Notes: a model not told the origin generated them from the letters alone. A DNA stretch of 57,552 bases from Poseidonia sp. (GCF_029250625.1 NZ_JAQXEX010000031.1); one strand, 5' to 3'; positions 26,603 to 36,043 are shown, counted from the stretch's first letter. Translations and numbers: made by a program.

Positions 26603-28039
26603 ATGAAAAAAGGTCAACCTCCACCAGCCTTTGTGGACGAAAGCCAAGTTGCGGCCTCCCCTTCAGCGCAAGAAGAGGGCGATGGCAACTCAACAAAACT
26701 CACCGAATTGAAGGGCAATGACCCGTCGTTGCGTGCTCTTATCAAGGTGCTTTTGGACGTAAAAACGCTGCCTCATGTCATTCTCATTTTCGTCATATCA
26801 GCCCTGTTGTACCTGTTGTCGACCCGAGGCGCCGAACGCCTCAGTGCGATGGGATTTTTGTCCCTCACAGGGGGCTATGTAGTTCAAGGGTTGCTAGCAA
26901 AGTACGAACGGGTTGACCGACTAACGCGCCTTCCAGACTTGAGCGATGCCGTCGAAGCGGGTCGAATCAAACGATTCTTTTTCTCGTTCCGTATCTGTTT
27001 ACTCCCCCTTGCCTTTTCGTTGGGTTGGTTGCTCCTGCTGCTCGCAGTACTGGGTGGGGACGGCTTTGGAAATAGCATTCTTGACTCTCTGCCGTTTGTG
27101 ATGGGGAGTTTGTTCATCTTTTGGGCGGTGATGCAAGGAAGAAGTTTTGGACACTGGTTGTCTTCTGTAGCGGCTCTCCGATTGCCCGATGATGGTCCAC
27201 GAAACGGAGGTTTGAATGCAGTGGTCGGCGTTCATCTTTTATTGCTGACTGTCCTTTCTGGATTGATTCTTGCTGGTGTTGAATTTCTTCAAGGAGACGG
27301 AGATGGGTTGGCTCAGGATGTTGCAGAAAATGGACTTTTCTTTATCGGCTTTGCAGGATTGTTTCTGGCGTCAACGTCCCTTACATGGAAGCATCGAATT
27401 ATAGCCTCAAGGCATCGCTCCCTGCATCGTTTTTCTTCACGCTGGTTCTTATTGACTCAAGCCTTGATCACATGGCATTTTTTGACCGTTTGGCGTCATA
27501 CTGTCATGTCGTCTGGCGGTCCAATTATGTTGGTTGAAGAATTGGTGTTGATGATATCTACGGTCTTTATGGCCATTTGGGGGCTGACTTCGCGTTCCTA
27601 CAAATCCACATTTCGCTTGGTGGATGAACACAATGCATTGCCGATTGGACTTGCCTTTGGCTATGCGTACGCCGGCAGTGTAGCCATGTTGACGACCGTT
27701 CTGGACGACATTCGATACGTCATGATCAGTGGTCACATTGTCGTTATTCTTACCTTCATGTGGATGCAACGAAGGGTCTTGCTGAGTGTGCTTGCAGACC
27801 ACGATTCGACCGTCGGGATTATGCGCACGGTTCGCAAAGTGCCCTCGGAGGAGACTTCCGATGCCGCTGGCGAGAATGATCAACCCGTAGCAATCCCCAG
27901 CATTTCTTCCGATGCGGAGGAGTTCGGTGAATCCGCTGGTATTTCCGTAAGCGAGGAATGGTCTGAGCACAATACAAAAGACATCGGTCAAGATGTTGAA
28001 TGGAATGCCGGAGACGTCATTGAGTTGATGGACGATTAA
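26603..28039 (+). CDS. Polytopic membrane protein of unknown function
   Basis: About 10 hydrophobic helices and an acidic C-terminal tail. Confidence 0.75.
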   Translation: MKKGQPPPAFVDESQVAASPSAQEEGDGNSTKLTELKGNDPSLRALIKVLLDVKTLPHVILIFVISALLYLLSTRGAERLSAMGFLSLTGGYVVQGLLAKYERVDRLTRLPDLSDAVEAGRIKRFFFSFRICLLPLAFSLGWLLLLLAVLGGDGFGNSILDSLPFVMGSLFIFWAVMQGRSFGHWLSSVAALRLPDDGPRNGGLNAVVGVHLLLLTVLSGLILAGVEFLQGDGDGLAQDVAENGLFFIGFAGLFLASTSLTWKHRIIASRHRSLHRFSSRWFLLTQALITWHFLTVWRHTVMSSGGPIMLVEELVLMISTVFMAIWGLTSRSYKSTFRLVDEHNALPIGLAFGYAYAGSVAMLTTVLDDIRYVMISGHIVVILTFMWMQRRVLLSVLADHDSTVGIMRTVRKVPSEETSDAAGENDQPVAIPSISSDAEEFGESAGISVSEEWSEHNTKDIGQDVEWNAGDVIELMDD

Positions 28040-28950
28040 GCTGGCTTAATTCCTGAAAGCAACGTGACGACTCGAATGGTGTCGACTAAATCTTCACTGA
28101 CTCGGGCGCCGAGAATGACTTGGGCGTCATCGTCGAGGGCTGAAGTAAACAATTCAGCTACTGCATCAACTTGGCCAATGGTCATTCCAAGTCCACCTTC
28201 TACCTGGATCAAACATCCTTTCGCACCGCCGACATCCAGCGCTGCGAGTGGTGCTTTGAGGGCTGATTCCAAAATGCCTTTGGGGTCATCTGGGCGGCCA
28301 ATTCCGACCAACATTGTGGCCATTCCTTCTTGGTCTACGATGGCCCTCAGGTCCATCAAGTCCAGATTGATGAGCCCCATTCGCATCAAGGTCCGAACCA
28401 ATCCGTCCACTAAGTCTTCAATCCACTCAGCGCCCATCTGCCAGCTTTGCCCTTTTTCTCGTGCTTGGCGAGCAAGGCGCTCCAGTGACAATCGGACGGT
28501 GACGTGTGCGATGCGTTCAAGCCGTTGAAATCCATCCTCGGCGAGGGCCAAGCGAGTGGCTTGGGCCTCAAACGGCAAGCCTGCTACCGCGAGGACGATG
28601 GCTCCAGATTGCCGCGCCTGGCGGGCAAACTCATGCGCTGCTCCGGTCCCGACTCCTCCTCCAAGGCCGGTGAGGAGGATGACCAGTTCAGTGTCTTTGA
28701 GGAGTTGCTGAGTCAATTTGTTGAGTCCTCTCATCCGTTGTTCGGCAAGCGGCGGTAAGGCGGCACAACCCATGCTGTCTAGGGCGTGTCCGAGGCGAAG
28801 GACATGAATGGTTTCGCCGGTTTGGAAACTGCTGTCATCTGCGTCAATTAGGGCAAGATGGGCTCCCTTTCCGCAGCGAAGGTAGGCTTGGTGTGCCCAT
28901 GAACAACCAATGCCTCCGACTCCAGCAATCAGGATGTTGGAAGGGTCCAT
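28036..28950 (-). CDS. Divergent FtsZ/tubulin-family GTPase
   Basis: IAGVGGIG, GLGGGVGTG (tubulin signature variant), LPFEAQ..R, T7 loop INLDLMDL, C-terminal VILGARV...IRVVTLLSG. Start 28950 or 28971. Confidence 0.85.
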   Translation of the reverse strand: MDPSNILIAGVGGIGCSWAHQAYLRCGKGAHLALIDADDSSFQTGETIHVLRLGHALDSMGCAALPPLAEQRMRGLNKLTQQLLKDTELVILLTGLGGGVGTGAAHEFARQARQSGAIVLAVAGLPFEAQATRLALAEDGFQRLERIAHVTVRLSLERLARQAREKGQSWQMGAEWIEDLVDGLVRTLMRMGLINLDLMDLRAIVDQEGMATMLVGIGRPDDPKGILESALKAPLAALDVGGAKGCLIQVEGGLGMTIGQVDAVAELFTSALDDDAQVILGARVSEDLVDTIRVVTLLSGIKPA

Positions 28951-29005
28951 GGGCGGCAATGGCCGAAGCATCTCCTTGAACTTTGGTGTGTGTGGTGTTG
29001 GAATT

Positions 29006-29305
29006 CTAATCCACGTAGCGAAGGTATCGGCGTCTTGCGTCCCTCGCCCAAGCGTTATCGGGCTCAAGGGCAAGAACCCGGTCGTAGTATTGAATTGCAT
29101 TTTCAAATTCCGAGAGGTATCGGCCGTACAAGTGCCCGAGGTTCGAAAGGACAGGAATGCACGCTTCGTCGCCTTTCAGCATGCTAAGGAGTATTTTCTC
29201 AGCAGCCCCAAGCGCTCCTTTGAGCATCAAATCCTCGGCCTCGTCGAGCAACTCGAGTTGTTTGTCGGAGAGATTGTATGTGTTGTCGAAGGTATGATTT
29301 CCCAT
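29006..29305 (-). CDS. Small tetratricopeptide-repeat protein
   Basis: LSNLGHLY...FENAIQYYDRVLALEPDNAWA matches the TPR consensus. Confidence 0.8.
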   Translation of the reverse strand: MGNHTFDNTYNLSDKQLELLDEAEDLMLKGALGAAEKILLSMLKGDEACIPVLSNLGHLYGRYLSEFENAIQYYDRVLALEPDNAWARDARRRYLRYVD

Positions 29306-29494
29306 GGGTCTCACACTCTCCGAACGGGTCGCCCTCCATCAAATCTCCCCCGCACTGAACCGGCTAAAATACGGCGTGGGGGGCTGTTGTTCATTTTTTG
29401 CAAACAAACGCTACACTGCGCCGCAATTTTTGTGGCGTTTTGCTGACAATGTTTAAGGAGTCCGTGCAAGTCGGAAACATGTAAGGGTGAGGCT

Positions 29495-30340
29495 ATGCTC
29501 AAAACTACACGAACGTCCCGAACTTCCCTGCTGGTTTTGGTGGGGCTTCTTCTGGTCATTCCAGCACTCGCATCTTCCTATCACGGGGGCATTGGTGGCC
29601 CTCAATCGCACCAAGGCTCAAACGGCGCCGTTGAAATTGATGATGTCGCCAAATCCGGCTGCCTCTGCCACAACGAGGTAGCCGACAACTCGGTCCAAAT
29701 TATCCTCGATGACGTTCCTTATGGATGGGTTGCAGGCGAAACTTACACGCTCCGCCTCCAATTGATCGGCGGACCTGATGCAACGGGAGTTTACACTGCT
29801 GGATTTGCAATGCGAGTTTCTCTTGGGACGCTGACCGGAGACGACGTCCAAAACTGGGAAATCGACGGCACGGTCGACGAACAGACATTGACTCACACGG
29901 AAGCATCAGCCGCAACCAGCGACCGTTCGTGGACCTTTGATTGGGTCGCTCCCGCTGAGGCGGAAGCTGGTGCAGCAACCTTCTGGATTTCGGGCAACTC
30001 GGTCAACGGAGACCAAGGGCCAGGTGTTGAGGACCGATGGAATCAACTCCAATTCGCACTCACAGAAGGCGACGACGCATCTACTGCACTCGGCACCCGC
30101 ACCCTCTTTGCCGGCGACGGAAACGTCAGTCCTCCCGAGCCCGACCATCACGGCGTTGACCTCCATCACATGGGTGCAAAGTTGCGTGCCCACTGGCTTG
30201 GATTGCTTGGATTCGGTGCAGTGATCGGCGTTATCGTCTTTGCTGGTCTGCTTCTCCGCTATGGCTTCTCAACGTCCTACAAGGGCCGAAGCAACCAACT
30301 CAGGTTGCGCTACAAACTCAATCGAAGAGGTGACCAGTGA
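29495..30340 (+). CDS. Exported Reeler/'choice-of-anchor V'-like protein with a CxCH motif and C-terminal TM anchor
   Basis: Signal peptide, GCLCH, 'SWTFDWVAP...ATFWISGNSVNGD' Reeler-like motif, His-rich linker, TM helix. Confidence 0.7.
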   Translation: MLKTTRTSRTSLLVLVGLLLVIPALASSYHGGIGGPQSHQGSNGAVEIDDVAKSGCLCHNEVADNSVQIILDDVPYGWVAGETYTLRLQLIGGPDATGVYTAGFAMRVSLGTLTGDDVQNWEIDGTVDEQTLTHTEASAATSDRSWTFDWVAPAEAEAGAATFWISGNSVNGDQGPGVEDRWNQLQFALTEGDDASTALGTRTLFAGDGNVSPPEPDHHGVDLHHMGAKLRAHWLGLLGFGAVIGVIVFAGLLLRYGFSTSYKGRSNQLRLRYKLNRRGDQ

Positions 30341-30783
30341 TGGACGACACAATCACAATCCTGTTGCGCGGTGTTGCAGACGGCTCAGTATCGGTAGATG
30401 ATGCGCGGACCGCTTTGGAAGACGTGGATTTGACCGAAGACCAAATGACGTCCGCCATCGACCATGGCGTGTTCAATTTGGCGGAATCAGGAACCATCGT
30501 TAGCGCTTCACTCGCCCCGTCTGGCGGCTCCTATCTCACCATGTTCTTCTTGGGATGGGGTCTGTTTTGGATTTGCTACTGGAGTTTCTCTATGATTTAC
30601 GGACTCGCAAAGGGTTGGGATCAGCAACAACTTTCCTTCCACCTCGCCATGACCTTTACCACACTCATCATGGTCGGCGTAATCTATCTCAAATTTGTTT
30701 TGCCTGATACAATCATCGTAAAGCATTCTCAGAACAAGTTTGTTCCTGAGCACATGAAGGATTGGCGGGAGTACAAGTGGTGA
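30337..30783 (+). CDS. Two-TM membrane protein in the Rieske/cyt b operon
   Basis: GTGA overlap with the previous gene; two hydrophobic helices. Confidence 0.7.
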   Translation: MMDDTITILLRGVADGSVSVDDARTALEDVDLTEDQMTSAIDHGVFNLAESGTIVSASLAPSGGSYLTMFFLGWGLFWICYWSFSMIYGLAKGWDQQQLSFHLAMTFTTLIMVGVIYLKFVLPDTIIVKHSQNKFVPEHMKDWREYKW

Positions 30784-30789
30784 TGAAAC

Positions 30790-31635
30790 ATGGCGCGTGA
30801 ATACGAACTCAAACCAGCACCCAGCGAAGGCGCATCAGGCCTTCTTGATGCAGCCACAACCATCAATCGTCGTCAGTTCCTACGCTACGGTTTCAATACC
30901 GCTGCAGGTGTTCTCACCGCATCTCTAGGTATGCTCGGCTTTGCTGCTATTTTACTGCCCCCTGGTGGCGGTGGTGGCGGTGATTTGGCCGTTAAGTTCT
31001 GGGCAAAGGGTCGTGAAGACTCCGCCTGGTACGGTGCGCAACACCTTCAATCCATGACCAAGAGTTCCTTCGTGGCTGAGGCAGCAGCATCCTCAACGAA
31101 AACGGCTGGCGCCTCCGGCGTGTGGAACGGAGTTCCTGTTGTGGTCATGTACGTCGAACATTCAAAGTATGCAGGCACACCTGAAGCCAACGGTAAAGCA
31201 CGCTTCCAATTCACTGAAGGTATTGATGAAACCGGAAAATACGTCGGCCACTTTGATGACCTCGCTGAAGCAGACCCACGTTTGATGCCCAGCGAAGACC
31301 TTGTCATGGTATTCGGTCGTTGCACGCACTTGTGTTGCATCCCGGGATGGCAACTTGTTTCCAACTCCTACACAGAAGACTCATGGACGCCTGGCGGTGG
31401 AGACGACGGCGGGACGAAACTGTTCTGCATCTGTCACTCTTCTCGTTTCGACCCAACTGTTCTCGAAATGAATACGAACCGCAACCGTTCCAACGGTGCA
31501 ACATTCAACTATGCTGGAATCCGCCGTTCAGGTGGGCCAGCACCGGTGGGTCTCCCCATCATCCCCATTCAACTGAATGGCGATGTTTTGGAAGGTCTTA
31601 CCGACTACGTGGATTGGTACACATATTGTGACTGA
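30790..31635 (+). CDS. Rieske [2Fe-2S] subunit of a Rieske/cytochrome b complex
   Basis: Tat motif NRRQFL, TM helix, poly-Gly hinge, CTHLCC and CICHSSRF boxes, GPAP. Confidence 0.93.
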   Translation: MAREYELKPAPSEGASGLLDAATTINRRQFLRYGFNTAAGVLTASLGMLGFAAILLPPGGGGGGDLAVKFWAKGREDSAWYGAQHLQSMTKSSFVAEAAASSTKTAGASGVWNGVPVVVMYVEHSKYAGTPEANGKARFQFTEGIDETGKYVGHFDDLAEADPRLMPSEDLVMVFGRCTHLCCIPGWQLVSNSYTEDSWTPGGGDDGGTKLFCICHSSRFDPTVLEMNTNRNRSNGATFNYAGIRRSGGPAPVGLPIIPIQLNGDVLEGLTDYVDWYTYCD

Positions 31636-31641
31636 GGTGAT

Positions 31642-32511
31642 ATGATGACTACAATGTTCTGGATTCTTTGGTTCTTTATCGCCTTCTTGGTGGTTCTCGT
31701 TGCGTTTACTTTGCGCAAGGAAAACCAAGATATGCCCCGCCGTGACATTCTACGTGCTGTAGAATCGACCGGTAAGATGGGCGTGGCTGAACGGTCGTTT
31801 TTGTGGGTCTTTTCGTGGCTTGATACTCGATTCCGTCTTCAGGACTACTGGAACATGTCCAAAGGCGCATATTACAACATGCACCGACAAATGCCTCTTA
31901 CTCACGCTGAAAAGTACAAACTGCGTATCATTTGGTACTGGTACCCACTCTACTGCTTGGGAGGAATTTCGTTCCTATCGTTCATCATCTTGGTCATCAC
32001 AGGTACCGTTCTGGGAATTTACTATGTTCCTGGAGGAGAAGGAGATCCATCGCCAGCTTATGCGAGCATGGAATACATCATGACGCAACTTCCCTTTGGC
32101 TACATCCTCCGGGCAGTTCACCACTGGACGACTCACTTCATGGTCGCAAGCGTCTTTTTGCACATGTGTCGTGTTTACTTTACGGGTGCATACCGAAACC
32201 CTCGTGAACTTAACTGGCTCATCGGTGTTGCCTTGATGGCTCTGACCATTGTCTTTGGATATTCAGGATATCTTCTGCCGTGGGACAGTCTGGCATACGG
32301 TGCCGCAATTATTGGAATCAACTTGGCGAATTCAAGTCCGCTGGTTGGGAAGTACGTCGCAACATTGCTGTTTTCAGGCTCTGAATTGACTCCTTTGACG
32401 GTTACACGTATGTACTTCATTCACGTGTTCATCTTACCGGTTATTGTTACAACGCTTATCATCATACATTTGTTCATTGTCTGGGTACAAGGCATTGCGG
32501 AGCCGCATTGA
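31642..32511 (+). CDS. Cytochrome b6-like subunit (N-terminal half of split cytochrome b)
   Basis: YCLGGIS, heme ligands in RAVHHW...FLHMCR and FIHVF...IIHL, PRELNW, GYLLPWD, C-terminal QGIAEPH. Confidence 0.93.
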   Translation: MMTTMFWILWFFIAFLVVLVAFTLRKENQDMPRRDILRAVESTGKMGVAERSFLWVFSWLDTRFRLQDYWNMSKGAYYNMHRQMPLTHAEKYKLRIIWYWYPLYCLGGISFLSFIILVITGTVLGIYYVPGGEGDPSPAYASMEYIMTQLPFGYILRAVHHWTTHFMVASVFLHMCRVYFTGAYRNPRELNWLIGVALMALTIVFGYSGYLLPWDSLAYGAAIIGINLANSSPLVGKYVATLLFSGSELTPLTVTRMYFIHVFILPVIVTTLIIIHLFIVWVQGIAEPH

Positions 32512-32526
32512 TACGGAGGGTAAAAT

Positions 32527-35334
32527 ATGGGATTAATCGATAATTTTGGCAGAGTTGCCTCCATGTACATGGAGGAAAAGCAACACCTTCAGGAAGCTGA
32601 AGAGAAGCGTAAGCGCACCCGAACGGGACACGGATTTTGGCCACATGAAGTTCTTCGTGATAGCATCATTTTCGCATCGATGCTTGCGATTCTTCTGTTC
32701 TATGCATGGCTTATTCCGCCACCGCTTCACGGTGCGGCTGACCCCTATGCACAGGCAGGATTCGTTTTCCCTGACTGGTACGTTCTGTTCTCGTACGGAT
32801 ACTTGCGATGGGGCGAATATTTGCCTCAATTCGTTGTACCGACCGGTTTCATAGGCGAAATTGTGGGTCAGCCCATGTTCCCTTGGAACGCTGCATGGTG
32901 GGGCGCTGCACTTACTGGAATCCCAGTGGGTATTCTCGCTCTTCCTCCGTTCCTCGGTGGCCGTGAAAAGCGACCTGTAGAGGACCCATGGTTCGCTGCA
33001 GCAGGAGCAGTTTATCTCGCCCACATTTGGTTCATCTCTGTGTTTTCAATCAACATCTTCTTGGAACTCTACGGCAAAAACAGGTCTGATTTTTGTAAAT
33101 TAGATTCACACGGTGATTTACTGTGTGGTTATCGGGAACCGTGGATTGCAGAAGTCTTCAATTCCATACCGTGGGTGATGACCGGCGTTCTAATGTGGAT
33201 TGTAGTTTACTTTGTAGGTCGAGGACTCTTGGTCCGTGCATGGGGTACGAGTTTTAACGTTGCTAAGAGCCGTCAACTTTTGGTTGGAGCTCTTCTGATC
33301 TCAACTGCGGCAACCGTTGCTACCTTCGATACATATGACGATGGTTTTTGGGATGCAAAGGGACTCCTTACCATCAAAGATTACGGTGAACTGGAAGCAA
33401 TGCGAACCCAACCCGTTGACGTTCATGTCCATGATACCAATGAATTTACTGACGATCGGGGTTGGTCCGAGTCAGGAGTTGTTCCGACGACTGCATTCTT
33501 AGATTGGAACATTTACCAACCTGCAAGGTACATTATTACAGATTTTGCTGATGCAAACGGGCATCAGGACGCTGCTAACGGAATCAATGCTGCTGCAGGA
33601 TCACAAACCTTCAACGGAGGCGAAGGTTGGAGCACAAACGGTACCTTCTCCGTTACCGAAGATACTACCACTTTCCCCGATGGCCACCATGAGGAAGTAA
33701 CGTCCATCACATCGGATTTCTCATGTGAGTTCCGCTCCAGCGAGCGTAAAATCAACGATGTTTCAACTCAAAGCATGGTGACTACCACTCTTGTTGTGAC
33801 CAACGCCGCAGGCAATGAGGTTGTTTCCTTTTCCAATTGCGAAGGCGCTACGACCGAGTTGACTGTCGGAACGTACTCTTACACTTACGATGTTACCGTC
33901 AGCGGCGCCCTTGCTTTGAACGACAGCATTACGACCGAGACCAGTTTCTCGATGAAATCTTTCCAGCCACTTCTTGTCTGGAATGAAAATGCTCCAGCTT
34001 CGCTTGCAGGCCATACAGTGAACCTCTCCAATGCAGAAGAAATGGCCCTTGGTGGTTCTGCCTTCTCATCGATTGAAAACCCAACCTACCACACCAACCC
34101 CAAGTCACTGGATGCAAAGTTGACCTATGCAATGTTCATCCCTTGCGTTACCTTTGGAGCCCTTGTCTTTGTCCTGTTGCGATACATGGCCCGTGGCTAT
34201 GAGTTCGAGATGAACAAATGCTACGGCTGTGACCTTTGTGACGATGCGTGCCCAGTTCGATTGTTTAACGGTGGAGATAAATTGAACATCATCTACAACA
34301 CTTGGAATAACGAAGACGACGGTGTACCGATGTATTCCTGTCTCACATGCTCGGCATGTACCAATGCATGTCCACAACTTGTTGACTACGACTCATACGT
34401 TGATATCCGCCGCAGTCTCATCGTTGGCGGTCCACAGGCTGAGATTCCTCACACCGTTCTACAGGCAGTTCTTTCTGCGGAGGCTGACGAAGCAGCAGAC
34501 GTGGAATTCGTCGCAACCGAAGATTACCCCATCACATCAAACATCGGCTACTACCCTGGCTGTGTCGACTACCTTGACCAAGAAATGGTGTTCTCACACG
34601 TTAACGAAGGCACCATGAATTTGGGAGACTCCACTACTGCAGCGTTTACGCTCTTTGAAGAGATGGGCACCGACGTTTCTTACTTGGGCCGTGACTTCCT
34701 GAAATGCTGTGGTCACGACCAAAAGTGGCAGGGCCTTGATGAAGTCTTTGAGAAGCTCAAGGCGTACAACCAACGAAAGATCCACGAATCTGGAATCGAC
34801 ACCCTCGTTTCATCGTGTGCAGAATGTTTCAGAACGTTTGCCCGAGACTATGAGTTGGAAGACGTCAAAGTCATGCATACCACTGAATTCCTCATTGAAC
34901 AAGGCTTTGACATGAATCTAAAGTCCGAAGAAACCACGGTAACCTACCACGATCCATGCCGTCTTGGCCGCCAAATGGGAATTTACGACGAGCCACGTGA
35001 CCTCATCAATGCGGTTGAAGGTGTAGAAATTGTTGAGATGGAGCACCATGGAGAAGACGCCATGTGTTGCGGTGTTTCCAGTATGATGTCCTGCAACGAA
35101 GACGCACGCTCCTTGCGTGTATCTCGTATGGAAGAAGTTCGTGCAACGGGCGCCGAAACCATGCTCACGTCCTGCCCAAAGTGTGTTTCTCACTTTGAGT
35201 GTTTGAAGTTCGAAGGCGATGAAGCATACGAAGACATCGAGATTTTGGACGTCGTAACATTCCTTGCTCGCCAAGTTAACGAAAAGAAAGCACAGGCAGT
35301 TGAGTCCAACGTTGGCGAAACTGTTGAAGCTTGA
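32527..35334 (+). CDS. Cytochrome b6/f subunit IV-like domain fused to an external beta-rich domain, a 2x[4Fe-4S] domain and two CCG domains (HdrD/GlpC-like)
   Basis: FWPHEVLRD and FPDWY (PEWY equivalent); CYGCDLCDDACP and CLTCSACTNACP; YYPGC..CCGH..SSCAEC and YHDPCRLGR..CCG..TSCPKC. Confidence 0.9.
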   Translation: MGLIDNFGRVASMYMEEKQHLQEAEEKRKRTRTGHGFWPHEVLRDSIIFASMLAILLFYAWLIPPPLHGAADPYAQAGFVFPDWYVLFSYGYLRWGEYLPQFVVPTGFIGEIVGQPMFPWNAAWWGAALTGIPVGILALPPFLGGREKRPVEDPWFAAAGAVYLAHIWFISVFSINIFLELYGKNRSDFCKLDSHGDLLCGYREPWIAEVFNSIPWVMTGVLMWIVVYFVGRGLLVRAWGTSFNVAKSRQLLVGALLISTAATVATFDTYDDGFWDAKGLLTIKDYGELEAMRTQPVDVHVHDTNEFTDDRGWSESGVVPTTAFLDWNIYQPARYIITDFADANGHQDAANGINAAAGSQTFNGGEGWSTNGTFSVTEDTTTFPDGHHEEVTSITSDFSCEFRSSERKINDVSTQSMVTTTLVVTNAAGNEVVSFSNCEGATTELTVGTYSYTYDVTVSGALALNDSITTETSFSMKSFQPLLVWNENAPASLAGHTVNLSNAEEMALGGSAFSSIENPTYHTNPKSLDAKLTYAMFIPCVTFGALVFVLLRYMARGYEFEMNKCYGCDLCDDACPVRLFNGGDKLNIIYNTWNNEDDGVPMYSCLTCSACTNACPQLVDYDSYVDIRRSLIVGGPQAEIPHTVLQAVLSAEADEAADVEFVATEDYPITSNIGYYPGCVDYLDQEMVFSHVNEGTMNLGDSTTAAFTLFEEMGTDVSYLGRDFLKCCGHDQKWQGLDEVFEKLKAYNQRKIHESGIDTLVSSCAECFRTFARDYELEDVKVMHTTEFLIEQGFDMNLKSEETTVTYHDPCRLGRQMGIYDEPRDLINAVEGVEIVEMEHHGEDAMCCGVSSMMSCNEDARSLRVSRMEEVRATGAETMLTSCPKCVSHFECLKFEGDEAYEDIEILDVVTFLARQVNEKKAQAVESNVGETVEA

Positions 35335-35364
35335 ATGAATTTGACAGTAAGCGGTTGAATTCTT

Positions 35365-35381
35365 TGCATCCTCTGGATGCA
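35365..35381. terminator. Short hairpin between convergent operons (possible terminator)
   Basis: TGCATCC-TCT-GGATGCA, a perfect 7-bp inverted repeat. Confidence 0.3.
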
Positions 35382-35408
35382 GTAATGACGAAACGATGTG
35401 CTCCGGTT

Positions 35409-35699
35409 CTAATCATCGGATTCGTTTTCTTCATCCTCGTTCATACCTACGATTTCGTAGTTTGAGGGGAAGAGAGCAACGATAATTCCGGCCAGTAGAG
35501 AAATGAATCCCCACGTAAAGTTCTGATAATAAATCAGCAACTCTAGTGAAAGGGCCACCAAGAAGAGCCCTCCAATGTTCGAAGTCCAAACGAGCGTCTT
35601 GAACGTCGATAGGCTAACTCCAGTGGTGCCGGGGTTACGGTATGGACCGAATTCTCCTCCAAATCGTTGAGCTGATGGATCTTTTCCTTTCTTTGACAT
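35409..35699 (-). CDS. Small two-TM membrane protein
   Basis: Two hydrophobic helices, acidic tail, AGGA RBS. Confidence 0.65.
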   Translation of the reverse strand: MSKKGKDPSAQRFGGEFGPYRNPGTTGVSLSTFKTLVWTSNIGGLFLVALSLELLIYYQNFTWGFISLLAGIIVALFPSNYEIVGMNEDEENESDD

Positions 35700-35710
35700 A
35701 CTATCCTACC

Positions 35711-36043
35711 TCATCGGTCAATCATGGTGATTGCGTCCGTTGGACACGCAAGCACGCACAGCCTGCAACCCGTGCAGGAGTCTCGAATAATTTTGGCCTT
35801 ACGATTGCTTTCGACTGAAAGCAGTGGACTTTTCACATCAACAAAATAGAGTTCGATTGCGTCGTCATCACATACGATGGTGCATTGGTCACAACCGATG
35901 CATTTCCGTTCCTCAACAAAGGCTACGGTGGTTTCGCCACCTTTTGTATTGGCGCGTTGCTCCCCTCGTTGGCGATTGAGAGCCGTGCGGATTCGCATGG
36001 CTTCTTCTTCTCGCCGGCGACGCAACTCATCAGGGCTGGTCAT
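35711..36043 (-). CDS. 2x[4Fe-4S] ferredoxin with a charged N-terminal helix
   Basis: CIGCDQCTIVC and CTGCRLCVLACP. Confidence 0.9.
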   Translation of the reverse strand: MTSPDELRRRREEEAMRIRTALNRQRGEQRANTKGGETTVAFVEERKCIGCDQCTIVCDDDAIELYFVDVKSPLLSVESNRKAKIIRDSCTGCRLCVLACPTDAITMIDR

